This document shows positions 1 to 9,631 of a DNA stretch of 57,781 nucleotides, in pieces. How positions within the stretch are numbered: the stretch's first letter is position 1; every line of letters begins with the position of its first letter. Position numbers and translations under genes: made by a program. The notes under the pieces are model-generated. The model was given only the letters and a program-made list of their open reading frames with translations. It had not been told where the DNA came from and searched no databases. The stretch comes from Abditibacteriaceae bacterium (GTDB lineage Bacteria; Armatimonadota; Abditibacteriia; Abditibacteriales; Abditibacteriaceae). The stretch is taken from the NCBI GenBank assembly GCA_031425655.1, contig JANPJS010000054.1, positions 1 to 57,781 of the forward strand, read 5' to 3'.

Positions 1-86
1 CCGGGCTGAAACACGAAGCCCCTCCGGGGCTATGCTCTCAGCCCCGGAGGGGCTCGGTGTTTCAGCCCGGCCCTTCGAGGGCCGGG
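1..86. repeat. REP-like palindromic element, family A (cut by the window edge)
   Basis: CCGGGCTGAAACAC-GAAGCCCCTCCGGGGCT...AGCCCCGGAGGGGCTCG-GTGTTTCAGCCCGG nested inverted repeat; related copy at 5380-5478. Confidence 0.8.
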
Positions 87-100
87 TGTCTTGTCGCCAA

Positions 101-1327
101 ATGTTGCAAGCCTCGGCGGTTCTGCTGCTTCTCACCTCGCCGCTTTTCGCCGCCGATTGGCCGCAGTGGCGCGGGCCGAATTTTAGCGGCGCGACGAGCG
201 AAACAGCGTTGCCGTCAACGCTTGATCCTGCGAAAAATCTGGCGTGGTCGGTGGAATTGCCCGGCCCGTCGGCGGGCACGCCGGTTATTTTGGGCGACAA
301 GATTTTCCTGTCGGCCTTGGATAAAAAATCGAAGAATTTGCTGGCGCTGTGCCTCAATCGAACCGATGGGGAAGTGTTGTGGCAGCGCGAAATCGCGCAA
401 GGTTTCGTTTCCAATCCGCGCAACGATTTGGCGGCGCCTTCGCCAGTTGTAGACGAAAAGCGCGCGATTTTTCTTTATGGTTCGGGCGATGTCGCGGCGT
501 TTGATCTCGACGGCAAACCGCTCTGGCAGCGCAATTTGCAAAAGGATTTCGGCGAGTTCAATGTGCTGTTTCTTTACGGCGCCACCGGCCTTTTGCACGG
601 CGATAAATACATCGTGCCGGTTTTGCATCGCGGCGCCGAATCGTATCTGCTGGCGATGAACGCCGTGACCGGCAAAGACGTGTGGCGCATCGTGCGCCCG
701 ACGGACGCGCACGAAGAATCGAAGGAAGCCTACACCACGCCGATTCCAATTCAGCGCGACGGCAAAACCGAAATTGCCCTGCTCGGCGGCGATAGCGTGA
801 CGGGTCACGACCCGCAAAGCGGCGCCGAATTGTGGCGCGTCGGCGGCTGGAATCCGAACAAAATCGGTCACTGGCGCATTGTGCCTTCGCCGCTGCAAAT
901 CGGCGAGAATATCGTGATTTGTCCGCCGAAAAACGGCGCGATTTTCGCTTTCAAGCCCGGTGCGACGGAATGGACTTGGAAAAACCCAGCGCTGACCAGC
1001 GACGTTTGCTCGCCGCTGCTTTACAACGGAAAAATGTTCGTTTTGGACGGCGACAAAAAGAAAATTTTCTGCGCCGACCCGGCAACGGGCGAAATTAAAT
1101 GGACGCATGATTTAGGCGGCACCGCTGTTTTTCGCGCCTCGCCGACCGGCGCCGATGGCAAAATCTATTGCGTCAACGAAGCTGGCGAAGTCTGGGTTTT
1201 ATCTGCCGGCGAGCCGAAAACGTTGCATCAGGTCGCCCTCGAAGGCCCGCGCACGCGCGCTTCGATTGTCGCATCGAGCGGCCACGTTTTCGTGCGAACA
1301 GCAGAGAAGCTTTTCGCATTCAAATGA
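101..1327 (+). CDS. PQQ-binding-like (BamB-like) beta-propeller repeat protein, secreted
   Basis: Signal peptide followed by 'ADWPQWRGP' and repeated 'G..LW' blades. Start at ATG 101 is preferred; the ORF is open from 32 through the REP. Confidence 0.85.
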   Translation: MLQASAVLLLLTSPLFAADWPQWRGPNFSGATSETALPSTLDPAKNLAWSVELPGPSAGTPVILGDKIFLSALDKKSKNLLALCLNRTDGEVLWQREIAQGFVSNPRNDLAAPSPVVDEKRAIFLYGSGDVAAFDLDGKPLWQRNLQKDFGEFNVLFLYGATGLLHGDKYIVPVLHRGAESYLLAMNAVTGKDVWRIVRPTDAHEESKEAYTTPIPIQRDGKTEIALLGGDSVTGHDPQSGAELWRVGGWNPNKIGHWRIVPSPLQIGENIVICPPKNGAIFAFKPGATEWTWKNPALTSDVCSPLLYNGKMFVLDGDKKKIFCADPATGEIKWTHDLGGTAVFRASPTGADGKIYCVNEAGEVWVLSAGEPKTLHQVALEGPRTRASIVASSGHVFVRTAEKLFAFK

Positions 1328-1412
1328 TTAAACACAAAGAACACAAAGGATTCACAAAGGCCACAAAAATCTTTGTGTGTCTTTGTGAATCCTTTGTGTT
1401 CTTTGTGTTTAA
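1328..1412. repeat. Inverted repeat of CACAAAG-type tandem units (empty bracket)
   Basis: Perfect 32-bp inverted repeat, 1328-1359 vs 1381-1412. Confidence 0.85.
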
Positions 1413-1421
1413 AACAAATTT

Positions 1422-2849
1422 ATGAGCCTTCCTCATCTTCCTATTTTGCGCGCGGGCGCGGTTTACCAGAGCCTCGACACCGTTGAATTAACCAACTTGC
1501 GCGGCGGCGCGCCTGTGGCAGCGGTCAGTCAGGCTAATGCCGGAATGCTGCGCCGCGACATGGCGAAAATCGGCGCCGCGCGGCGGGCCGTGCAGGAGTT
1601 TTCGCCGACACAACTGCTGGAAATTTCGCAGCGTGCCGGTGATTTGTTCATGAACAGCGCGTTGCCGCTGTGCGACGGGCAAACGCAAACGCCGCAGCAA
1701 TATATCGAGAATTTGTCGGCCACGACCGGATTGCCGTATTCGCTTTGCCGCCTCAATATGGGCAAAATCGCGCAGGTCTTCGCGCAGATGCCGCAGATTT
1801 TAGGCGGCTTGACGCGCGGCGTGAATTTGGAAATTCTGCGGCGTGGCATCGGCGAAGAAGCGGGCGCCTTAGTCAGCTTTTATCCTCTGGCTGAGGCGCT
1901 GACTGTCATTTTGCCCTCCAATTCGCCGGGCGTGAATTCGATTTGGATGCCGGCTTTCGCGCTGGGCGTTCCGGTTGTGCTGAAGCCGGGACGCGAAGAC
2001 CCGTGGACGCCGTGGCGCATTATTCAAGCGTTTATTGCGGCGGGCGCGCCTCCGCAGGCGTTTTCGTTTTATCCGACCGACCACGAAGGCTCCAATGCGC
2101 TGATGGAACTGGCGCAGCGCGCTTTGATTTTCGGCGACGAAAATACGGTCGCGCGTCATGCGAGCAACCCGGCGGTTCAGGTTCATGGGCCGGGGCGCAG
2201 TAAAGTGCTGCTTGGCGAAGATTGCGTCGAACATTGGCGCGATTTCGTGGACATCATGGCCGAATCGGTTATTGCCAACGGCGGGCGCAGTTGCATCAAC
2301 GCTTCGACGATTGTGGTGCCGAAATACGGGCGCGAAATCGCGCAGGCTTTGGGCGAAAAATTGGGGCCGGTTTTGCCGCTTCCGCACGACGACGATCTGG
2401 CGATTTTGGCCGGTTTTGCCAATCCTCGCATGGGCGAAATGATTGACGAAGTGATCGAAGCCGATTTGGACGGCGCCGAGGAAATGACGGAGCCGTTTCG
2501 CCACGGCCCGCGTCGTGCCACGGTCGAAAACAGCACGGTTTTGCTGCCGACAATCGTGTGGTGCCCGTCGCTTGAGCATCCTCTGGGCAACCGCGAGTTT
2601 TTGTTTCCTTTTGCCGGTGTCGTCGAAGTGCCGCAAGCGCAAATGCTGGCGAAAATCGGCCCGTCGCTGGTGGTCACGGCGATTACAAAAGACGCCAAGT
2701 GGATCGAAGAATTGCTCGCTTCGCCGCTAATTGACCGCCTCAACATCGGGCCGATGCCGACGAATCGCGTGAGTTGGGATCAACCGCACGAGGGTAATTT
2801 GTTCGAGTTTTTATTTAAGCGCCGCGCCATTGCGCGAGCGGAGTTTTGA
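1422..2849 (+). CDS. Aldehyde dehydrogenase family protein (atypical)
   Basis: 'LPSNSP', 'VVLKPG', catalytic Cys in 'GRSCINAS', 'EFLFPF'. Confidence 0.8.
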   Translation: MSLPHLPILRAGAVYQSLDTVELTNLRGGAPVAAVSQANAGMLRRDMAKIGAARRAVQEFSPTQLLEISQRAGDLFMNSALPLCDGQTQTPQQYIENLSATTGLPYSLCRLNMGKIAQVFAQMPQILGGLTRGVNLEILRRGIGEEAGALVSFYPLAEALTVILPSNSPGVNSIWMPAFALGVPVVLKPGREDPWTPWRIIQAFIAAGAPPQAFSFYPTDHEGSNALMELAQRALIFGDENTVARHASNPAVQVHGPGRSKVLLGEDCVEHWRDFVDIMAESVIANGGRSCINASTIVVPKYGREIAQALGEKLGPVLPLPHDDDLAILAGFANPRMGEMIDEVIEADLDGAEEMTEPFRHGPRRATVENSTVLLPTIVWCPSLEHPLGNREFLFPFAGVVEVPQAQMLAKIGPSLVVTAITKDAKWIEELLASPLIDRLNIGPMPTNRVSWDQPHEGNLFEFLFKRRAIARAEF

Positions 2850-2851
2850 GG

Positions 2852-2965
2852 ATAGAACGCGGAGCTTTGCTACGCGGAAACGGCTTTGATTTACGCGGTT
2901 TTTTATTTAAGATCAGCGAAAATCCGCGCATGAAATCCGCGTAGCGAAGCTCCGTGTTCCATTGA
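2852..2965. repeat. REP-like palindromic module, family B
   Basis: ACGCGGAGCTT.GCTACGCGGA...TCCGCGTAGCGAAGCTCCG; related copies inside the MITEs at about 53294-53408 and 56039-56167. Confidence 0.8.
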
Positions 2966-2980
2966 ACTAAAGGGATTCAA

Positions 2981-4186
2981 ATGAAAAAGTTGTTTTTAAG
3001 TGCATTATTATTGACCGTGCCCGCGACTGCCGCCGATTGGTCGCAGTTTCGCGGCGAGAATTTCGATGGCGTTTCGCCGGAAAAAATTGCTGTCAAATGG
3101 CCCGGCGAAGGGCCGAAAACCTTGTGGAAAGTGCCGATGGGCATCGGTTTTTCGGCGGTGTCGGTGGTCGGCGACCGCGCTTATTGTTTTGGCGCGCTCG
3201 ATGAGCAGGAAAATGTCATCGCGCTGAACGCTAAAGACGGCACGAAAGTCTGGGCGACGCCGCTCGACAAGAAAATCTACGACCGGCAGGGCGGCGACGG
3301 GCCACGTTCGACGCCGACCGTGGACGACGGGCGCGTTTACGTGCTCGGCACCTATTTGAAATTAGTCTGCCTCGACGCCAAAGATGGCAAAGTGCTGTGG
3401 CAGCATGATTTGAAAGCGGAATACGGCGGTCAGGAAATCAAGTGGGGCCACGCCGCGTCCGCAACCGTTGATGGCGATTTGGTTTTCGTCTGCGCCGGTG
3501 GGCAAGATCAGTCGCTGCTGGCTTTCAATAAGAAATCCGGCGAATTGGCGTGGAAAGGCCAGAGCGACGGCCCGACGCACTGCACGCCGACTCCGGCCAC
3601 GATTGCGGGCACGCGCCAGATTATTTTCCGCACTGACAAAGGCTTAGTTTCGGTTGTGCCGACCAGCGGCGCTGTCCTGTGGCGCTATGAATTTCCGCAT
3701 CGCGTGTCGAGCGCCGCTTCTCCCGTAGTTGGCGGCGACATGGTTTACGTTTCCACGGCTTACGGTGTGGGCGCTGGATGCGTAAAAGTCGCCAAAGACG
3801 GCGACAAATGGACGGCCACCGAATTGTGGCGCAAGCCCAACGAACTGATGAATCACTGGACGACACCGGTTCACAAAGACGGCTTCCTTTATGGGCTTTA
3901 CAAAAACGGCCCGGCGCTGCGTTGCATCGAGATGGCGACCGGCGCAGAAAAATGGAGCAAAGAAGGCTTCGGCTGGGAAGGCGCAACGACGCTGGTGGAC
4001 GGCAATGTTCTGGTGCAAAACAATCGCGGTGACATCGAACTGGTCAAGGCCACGCCCGACGGCTATCAGGAATTGGCCCGCGCGCAACCGCTGGGCGGCC
4101 AGTGCTGGACGATGGCGACGGTCAGCGATGGGCGTATTTTCGCACGCAGCACGACCGAAGTCGCCTGTCTTGACGTGAAGCCATAA
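2981..4186 (+). CDS. PQQ-binding-like beta-propeller repeat protein, secreted
   Basis: Signal peptide, 'ADWSQFRG', 'GPRSTP', 'G..LW' blades. Confidence 0.85.
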   Translation: MKKLFLSALLLTVPATAADWSQFRGENFDGVSPEKIAVKWPGEGPKTLWKVPMGIGFSAVSVVGDRAYCFGALDEQENVIALNAKDGTKVWATPLDKKIYDRQGGDGPRSTPTVDDGRVYVLGTYLKLVCLDAKDGKVLWQHDLKAEYGGQEIKWGHAASATVDGDLVFVCAGGQDQSLLAFNKKSGELAWKGQSDGPTHCTPTPATIAGTRQIIFRTDKGLVSVVPTSGAVLWRYEFPHRVSSAASPVVGGDMVYVSTAYGVGAGCVKVAKDGDKWTATELWRKPNELMNHWTTPVHKDGFLYGLYKNGPALRCIEMATGAEKWSKEGFGWEGATTLVDGNVLVQNNRGDIELVKATPDGYQELARAQPLGGQCWTMATVSDGRIFARSTTEVACLDVKP

Positions 4187-4188
4187 AT

Positions 4189-4245
4189 TGTAGGGACACG
4201 ACTTGTCGTGTCCGGCAACCGGGCACGACAAGTCATGCCCCTACA
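4189..4245. repeat. GTAG-type REP-like hairpin, family C
   Basis: TGTAGGGACACGACTTGTCGTGTCC...GGGCACGACAAGTCATGCCCCTACA; sibling at 57560-57618. Confidence 0.8.
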
Positions 4246-4247
4246 CG

Positions 4248-5366
4248 ATGAATTTCTTCGATTTTCAACCGCGCACGCGCATCGTTTTCGGCGCCGGCAG
4301 CCTGAACCAATTGGGCGCGCTGGCCAAAGAAAACGGTGCGCGCCGCGTTTTACTGGTGACCGACCGGGGCATCGTCGCCGCCGGTCATGCGCCGCGCGCC
4401 GCGGCGATACTCGAAAGCGCCGGCCTGCGCGTGGCGCTTTTCGACAGCGTGCGCGAAAACCCAACTACGCGCGATGTAGATGAGTGTCTGCAAGCGGCCC
4501 GCGCCGCTGAGATTGATTTCTTTATCGGGCTTGGCGGCGGTTCGAGCATGGACACCGCCAAAGGCGCCAATTTTCTGCTGACCAACGGCGGCGAAATGCG
4601 CGATTATCAGGGCATCGGCAAAGCGCATTCGCCGCTTTTGCCGTTAATCGCCGTTCCGACGACATCGGGCACCGGCAGCGAATGCCAATCGTTCGCGCTC
4701 ATTGCCGACGAAACTTCGCACCTGAAAATGGCCTGCGGCGACCCCAAAGCCGCCGCGCGCGTGGCGCTTCTCGACCCGGAATTGACGCTCACGCAGCCGC
4801 CGAGCGTGACCGCCGCGACCGGAGTTGATGCTTTAGCGCACGCGCTCGAAACCGCCGTGACCAAAAAGCGCACGCCGGTTTCGCGGCTATTTTCGCGCGC
4901 GGCCTTCGACTTGCTTTCGCCGAATTTAGAGCGTGTTTTAGAAGCGCCGAACGACATCGAAGCGCGCGGCGCGATGCAACTCGGTGCGGCGTGGGCCGGG
5001 ACAGCGATTGAAAATTCGATGCTCGGCGCGGCGCACGCGGGGGCCAATCCGCTCACGGCGCACTTCGGCACGATTCATGGTCATGCTGTCGGCCTGATGC
5101 TGCCGCACATTATCCGCTTCAATGCCGCCGACGATGCGGCGCGGCGCGCTTACGAAGAACTGTGCGGCGATGCCGAAAAATTGGCCGTTCACATTGACGA
5201 GATTTTGGCGCTTTGCCGCGCGCCGCGCACGCTGCGCGAATGTGGCGTCAACCGCGAAATCTTGCCGCAATTAGCGCGCGAAGCCGCAGCGCAATGGACG
5301 GCGACATTTAATCCGCGCGTGGCGGGCGTGTCGGAGTTTGAGAAGTTGTATGAAGAAGCATTTTGA
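4248..5366 (+). CDS. Iron-containing alcohol dehydrogenase
   Basis: 'GGGSSMDTAK', 'PTTSGTGSE', metal ligands in 'DALAHALE', 'AHAGANPL', 'HGHAV'. Confidence 0.92.
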   Translation: MNFFDFQPRTRIVFGAGSLNQLGALAKENGARRVLLVTDRGIVAAGHAPRAAAILESAGLRVALFDSVRENPTTRDVDECLQAARAAEIDFFIGLGGGSSMDTAKGANFLLTNGGEMRDYQGIGKAHSPLLPLIAVPTTSGTGSECQSFALIADETSHLKMACGDPKAAARVALLDPELTLTQPPSVTAATGVDALAHALETAVTKKRTPVSRLFSRAAFDLLSPNLERVLEAPNDIEARGAMQLGAAWAGTAIENSMLGAAHAGANPLTAHFGTIHGHAVGLMLPHIIRFNAADDAARRAYEELCGDAEKLAVHIDEILALCRAPRTLRECGVNREILPQLAREAAAQWTATFNPRVAGVSEFEKLYEEAF

Positions 5367-6555
5367 AATTCAACGGCGCCCCGGCGCTGGAAGCGCCGGG
5401 CTGAAACACGAAGCCCCTGCGGGGCTGAGGATAGCCTCGAAGAGGCTTCGTGTTTTAGCCCGGTCATTCATGGCCGGGTTGGTATTTGTGTCGTTTATAG
5501 CGCCGTCGCTCGCCGCTGATTGGACGCAGTTTCGCGGCAATCCGGCGCAAACCGGCGTCGCGCCCGGCAAACTCTCCGCCGCGCCGAAACTCGCGTGGAA
5601 ATTCAAAACATCCAAGCTCATCACAGCGGCGCCCGCGATTGCCAAAGGGCGCGTTTTTATCGGTTCGACAGACGGAAATATTTACTGTCTGGATGCGAAA
5701 AGCGGCAAGAAAATCTGGTCGTTTGAGACCAAAGACGAAGTCGAAGCCGCGCCGTTGGTGTTGGGCGATTGGGTTTACATCGGCGCCTCCGACCGCTATT
5801 TTTACGCGCTGAATGCCGCGACCGGCAAAATGCGCTGGAAATTCAAAACCGGCGATAAAATTTTAGGCGGAGCCAACTGGTTCGCCGGGCCGGGCGGCGT
5901 GCCGCGCTTGGTTTTTGGCTCTTACGACAACAATCTTTACTGCTTGGATGCCAAAACCGGCGACAAAATCTGGAGCTACGAAACGCCGAATTACATCAAC
6001 GGCAGCCCGGCGATTAGCAACGGCAAAGCAATGTTTGGCGGCTGCGACGGCAACATTCATATCGTGTCACTTAGCACCGGCAAATCGCTTGGCCTCATCG
6101 AAACCGAGGCCTATATCGCGGCTTCTCCGGCGCTTTCGGGCAGCGAACTTTATATCGGCAATTATGGCAATCAGTTTTTTCGCGCCGATGTTAACACCAA
6201 AAAATTGAACTGGACGTATCGAGATAAATCATTTCCGTTTTTCGCCTCGCCTGCGCTGAGCGCCGACCGTGTTGTCGTCGGCTCGCGCGATAAGCGATTG
6301 CATTGCCTGTCGCGTAGCACCGGCAAGGCGCTGTGGACTTTCAACGCGCGCGGCAAAGTGGATTCCTCGCCGATCATTTGCGACGGCAAAGTGGTTTTTG
6401 GTGCTGAAAGTGGGCGCTTGTTTGTGGTGAGTCTGGCAACCGGCGCGCAGCTTTGGTCGTTTGATGCCGGGAAAGCCATCACCGGCGCGCCGGCTGTCTC
6501 GAACGGCTTGATCGTCGTCGGCGCCGAAGACGGCTTTGTTTATGCCTTTCGCTGA
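5350..6555 (+). CDS. PQQ-binding-like beta-propeller repeat protein
   Basis: 'ADWTQFRG' and about 8 'SP...G.V..GS.DG..Y.LD..TG...W.F' blades. Start uncertain (ATG 5350 or 5470). Confidence 0.85.
   Translation: MKKHFEIQRRPGAGSAGLKHEAPAGLRIASKRLRVLARSFMAGLVFVSFIAPSLAADWTQFRGNPAQTGVAPGKLSAAPKLAWKFKTSKLITAAPAIAKGRVFIGSTDGNIYCLDAKSGKKIWSFETKDEVEAAPLVLGDWVYIGASDRYFYALNAATGKMRWKFKTGDKILGGANWFAGPGGVPRLVFGSYDNNLYCLDAKTGDKIWSYETPNYINGSPAISNGKAMFGGCDGNIHIVSLSTGKSLGLIETEAYIAASPALSGSELYIGNYGNQFFRADVNTKKLNWTYRDKSFPFFASPALSADRVVVGSRDKRLHCLSRSTGKALWTFNARGKVDSSPIICDGKVVFGAESGRLFVVSLATGAQLWSFDAGKAITGAPAVSNGLIVVGAEDGFVYAFR
5380..5478. repeat. REP-like palindromic element, family A, at or within the 5' end of the next CDS
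   Basis: Related to 1-86; the reading frame stays open through it. Confidence 0.8.
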
Positions 6556-6563
6556 GGTGCGAC

Positions 6564-6872
6564 ATGACTTTGACTTTGGAACTGCCGGAAGAACTGGAAA
6601 AGGCTTTGGAAAAAGAAGCGCAGCGGCGCGGCGTGGAAACGGCCCAACTGGCGTTGGAAGCCTTAGAAAAAGTCGTTCAGCCCGCCCGCCCGAAAAAGGT
6701 GCTGAAAGCCTACGGGATGTTTGCCGGAAGTTCGCGCACAGTTGACGACTTTTTGCGTGAACGTCATGAAGAAGTTGACCGCGAAGAGCAACAAACTCCT
6801 GAACGCGCGGCGCGTTGGCGCGCGATTCAAGAAGAAAGACGCAAGCGTGAAAGCGCAAAAGAATCACTATGA
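6564..6872 (+). CDS. Putative antitoxin (RHH-like N-terminus)
   Basis: 'MTLTLELPEELEKALEKEAQRRG'; ATGA-coupled to the PIN gene. Confidence 0.65.
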   Translation: MTLTLELPEELEKALEKEAQRRGVETAQLALEALEKVVQPARPKKVLKAYGMFAGSSRTVDDFLRERHEEVDREEQQTPERAARWRAIQEERRKRESAKESL

Positions 6873-7285
6873 TTGTTCTCGATTCGAGTGCGATGTTGGC
6901 TTTGCTGCGCGAGGAGCCGGGACACGAACTCGTAGCTGCGCTTTTGCATGACGGTGAACGGGAAATCAGCGTTTTGGCACACGGCATAAACTTGTGCGAA
7001 GTGCATTACAACATCGCTCTCGAATACTCTGTTGCACACGCTGATGAAGCTCTCGAAAGTCTTATAGATGACGGCATTGTTGAGCGCAACGATATGGATT
7101 CGGCGTTCTGGCGCGATGTGGCATTTGTGATCCATACGCAGCGTTCCGCCGGGTTTAAATTGGCGTTGGGCGATGCCTGTGGTCTGGCTTTGGCGCGGCG
7201 CGTAAAGGGCGAATTTTACACTTCAGACCGCGCCGAACTGCAACACCTCGCCGCCGAAATTTGCGCGGTGACTTTCATCCGTTAA
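6869..7285 (+). CDS. VapC-like PIN-domain toxin
   Basis: 'IVLDSSA', 'NLCEV', 'LGDACGLALA', 'TSDR'. Confidence 0.85.
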   Translation: MIVLDSSAMLALLREEPGHELVAALLHDGEREISVLAHGINLCEVHYNIALEYSVAHADEALESLIDDGIVERNDMDSAFWRDVAFVIHTQRSAGFKLALGDACGLALARRVKGEFYTSDRAELQHLAAEICAVTFIR

Positions 7286-7295
7286 CGGAGTTTTT

Positions 7296-8618
7296 ATGAA
7301 TACGACACTTCCCCTTGAATTAGACGACGCCACGCACGGCGGCAGTTATTTTGTCTCGAATTATCCACCGTATAGTTTCTGGACGCAGGAAGCCGCCTCC
7401 GAAGTGCGCGCGGCCTTCGACCGCGCGCCGCGTCCCGGTGTGCCGCTTGGCCTCTACGTGCATATTCCGTTTTGCCGGAGGCGCTGCCATTTCTGCTATT
7501 TCAAGGTTTATACCGACAAAAACGCGCAGCAAATCGCGGGTTATGTGGACAAGGTGCTGAGCGAACTCAAAGATTATGCGGCCATGCCGTTTATCGGCGG
7601 GCGCAAGCCGAATTTCATTTACTTTGGCGGCGGCACACCGAGCTATTTGTCCACTACGCAACTGCTGCAACTGACCGATGGCATGAAGGCGCTTTTGCCG
7701 TGGGACGAAGTCGAAGAAGTGACTTTCGAGTGCGAGCCGGGCACGCTCACTGAACACAAACTCAAGGTGCTGAAAGAAATCGGCGTGACGCGGCTGAGTT
7801 TGGGCATCGAAAACTTCGCCGACGAACTGCTCAAACTGAACGGACGCGCGCATGAAAGCAAGGAAGTTTTTCGTGCTTATGGATTCGCGCGCGAGGCAGG
7901 ATTTCCGCAAATCAACATTGATCTGATTTCGGGAATGCTCGGTGAAACCGAAGAAAACTGGCACGATTGCATCCGTCAGGTCATCGAACTTGCGCCCGAC
8001 AGCGTGACGATTTACCAGATGGAAATTCCGTATAACACCACGATTTTCAAAGGCATGAAAGAGCAGGGCACCGATGTGGCGCCGGTGGCGACGTGGAGCC
8101 AGAAGCGCGATTGGGTGGATTACGCCTTCGCCGAATTGGAGCGTCACGGCTATACGGTCAGCAGCGCGTATACCGCCGTGAAGAACGCGGACACCAAATT
8201 CGTTTACCGCGACCGTTTGTGGGAAGGCTCCGATTTGCTGTCGGTCGGCGTGTCGTCGTTCGGGCACATCGGCGGCGTGCATTATCAAAACGAAGCCAAC
8301 TTTGCGCCTTACGTCGAAATTGTTGAGCGCGGCGAACTGCCGATTTATCGCGCTTTAACGCCGACTCAGGAAGAATTGCTGGTGCGCGAATTCATCTTGC
8401 AAATGAAGCTTGGCCATTTGGAAATAGGTTATTTTAACGAGAAATTCGGCGTGGACGTTGAACAGAAATTCGCTGCGCCGTTGCAGCAATTGCAGGATTG
8501 GGGCGTGGCAAGCATCGAAAACGGCACGCTTTTATTAACGCGCGACGGACTTTTGCGCGTAGATCGTTTGCTGCACGAATTTTTCTTGCCGGAACATCGC
8601 GCGGAAGTGAAATCATGA
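7296..8618 (+). CDS. HemN/HemW-like radical SAM protein
   Basis: 'YVHIPFCRRRCHFC' (CxxxCxxC), 'YFGGGTPS', 'RLSLG', 'NIDLI.G', HemN_C-like tail. Confidence 0.88.
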   Translation: MNTTLPLELDDATHGGSYFVSNYPPYSFWTQEAASEVRAAFDRAPRPGVPLGLYVHIPFCRRRCHFCYFKVYTDKNAQQIAGYVDKVLSELKDYAAMPFIGGRKPNFIYFGGGTPSYLSTTQLLQLTDGMKALLPWDEVEEVTFECEPGTLTEHKLKVLKEIGVTRLSLGIENFADELLKLNGRAHESKEVFRAYGFAREAGFPQINIDLISGMLGETEENWHDCIRQVIELAPDSVTIYQMEIPYNTTIFKGMKEQGTDVAPVATWSQKRDWVDYAFAELERHGYTVSSAYTAVKNADTKFVYRDRLWEGSDLLSVGVSSFGHIGGVHYQNEANFAPYVEIVERGELPIYRALTPTQEELLVREFILQMKLGHLEIGYFNEKFGVDVEQKFAAPLQQLQDWGVASIENGTLLLTRDGLLRVDRLLHEFFLPEHRAEVKS

Positions 8619-9142
8619 TCGAATCGCGCCTGCTCGCGCCGCTGCAAGCCTTCTATCAACGCGCCGGACGTGCTTTGCCGGACATCGAATTGTTGGACGG
8701 CGAAGCGATGCCGGAGCCGCATAAATCGCTGCTCGTTCATGCGCGCGACATGACTTCGACGCTGGAAAAATTTCATGGCGCACGCTGCCATCTACGCACG
8801 CTGCAATGTCTCGAAGATGAAACTTACACGCGCCTGGTCGTTTTGGAGTTGGATGGCAGCGCCAAAAACGTCGAGTTCGGCGCGATCACGATTCATTTGC
8901 AATCGTTCAGCGAACACGCGCGCGAATTGATTTTAGAGCGCGTTCGTCCGCTCGGCACGATTCTCAGCGATGAAAAAATCGCCTTCGTTTCCTGCCCGCA
9001 AGCCTATTTTCGCGTGACCGCAGACGAAATGATCTGCGATGCTTTGAATGTATCCGGCGCGCCGCTGTTGTATGGCCGCAGCAACGTCTTATCGAACGAA
9101 AACGGACAGGCTCTGGCCGAAATCGTCGAAATCCTGCCCTGA
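8615..9142 (+). CDS. Chorismate lyase (UbiC/DUF98)-like protein
   Basis: 'DMTSTLE', 'RPLGTIL', 'YGRSNVL', 'IVEILP' pattern; ATGA overlap with the upstream stop. Confidence 0.5.
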   Translation: MIESRLLAPLQAFYQRAGRALPDIELLDGEAMPEPHKSLLVHARDMTSTLEKFHGARCHLRTLQCLEDETYTRLVVLELDGSAKNVEFGAITIHLQSFSEHARELILERVRPLGTILSDEKIAFVSCPQAYFRVTADEMICDALNVSGAPLLYGRSNVLSNENGQALAEIVEILP

Positions 9143-9148
9143 TTTTGG

Positions 9149-9620
9149 TTCACGGCCGAGGCGCGGAGAACGCAGAGAGAAATTAGAGGAGATGAGGACA
9201 AACGAGATTACGCAATCGGTCATTGGCGCCGCGATTGAAGTGCATCGAATTTTGGGGCCGGGATTGTTGGAATCAGGTTACGAAGAAGCTCTGACTCGTG
9301 AATTTGAACTACGAAGGATCGGCTTTCAGCGACAAGTGCCCTTGCCGGTCAATTACAAAGGCACTGTCTTAGATTGCGGTTACAGGCTGGACTTCGTAGT
9401 GGAGAATTTGGTAGTCGTCGAATTGAAAGCCGTAGATGCACTTCATCCTATCCACGAAGCTCAATTGATGACATACCTTCGCCTCGGCGGCTGGAAAGTT
9501 GGATTGTTAATCAACTTCAATACCTTTTTGCTGAAAGATGGAATTCGGCGTCGCGTTTTGGATTTCGATGAAGAAAACTCCAAATAAAATCTCCGCGTCC
9601 TCCGCGTCCTCTGCGGTGAA
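9149..9620. repeat. Imperfect 9-nt-periodic inverted repeats bracketing the GxxExxY gene
   Basis: Left 9149-9178 TTCACGGCCGAGGCGCGGAGAACGCAGAGA; right 9590-9620 TCTCCGCGTCCTCCGCGTCCTCTGCGGTGAA. Confidence 0.75.
9192..9587 (+). CDS. GxxExxY protein (PD-(D/E)XK nuclease superfamily)
   Basis: 'GPGLLESGY', 'RLDFVVE..VVVELK', 'AQLMTYL', 'GLLINF'; GAGGAG RBS. Confidence 0.92.
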   Translation: MRTNEITQSVIGAAIEVHRILGPGLLESGYEEALTREFELRRIGFQRQVPLPVNYKGTVLDCGYRLDFVVENLVVVELKAVDALHPIHEAQLMTYLRLGGWKVGLLINFNTFLLKDGIRRRVLDFDEENSK

Positions 9621-9631
9621 TTAAAACAGAA

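Noticed and set aside
7296..8618. Assigning hemN
   Set aside because: Only family-level motifs are present, and the context is not heme biosynthesis.
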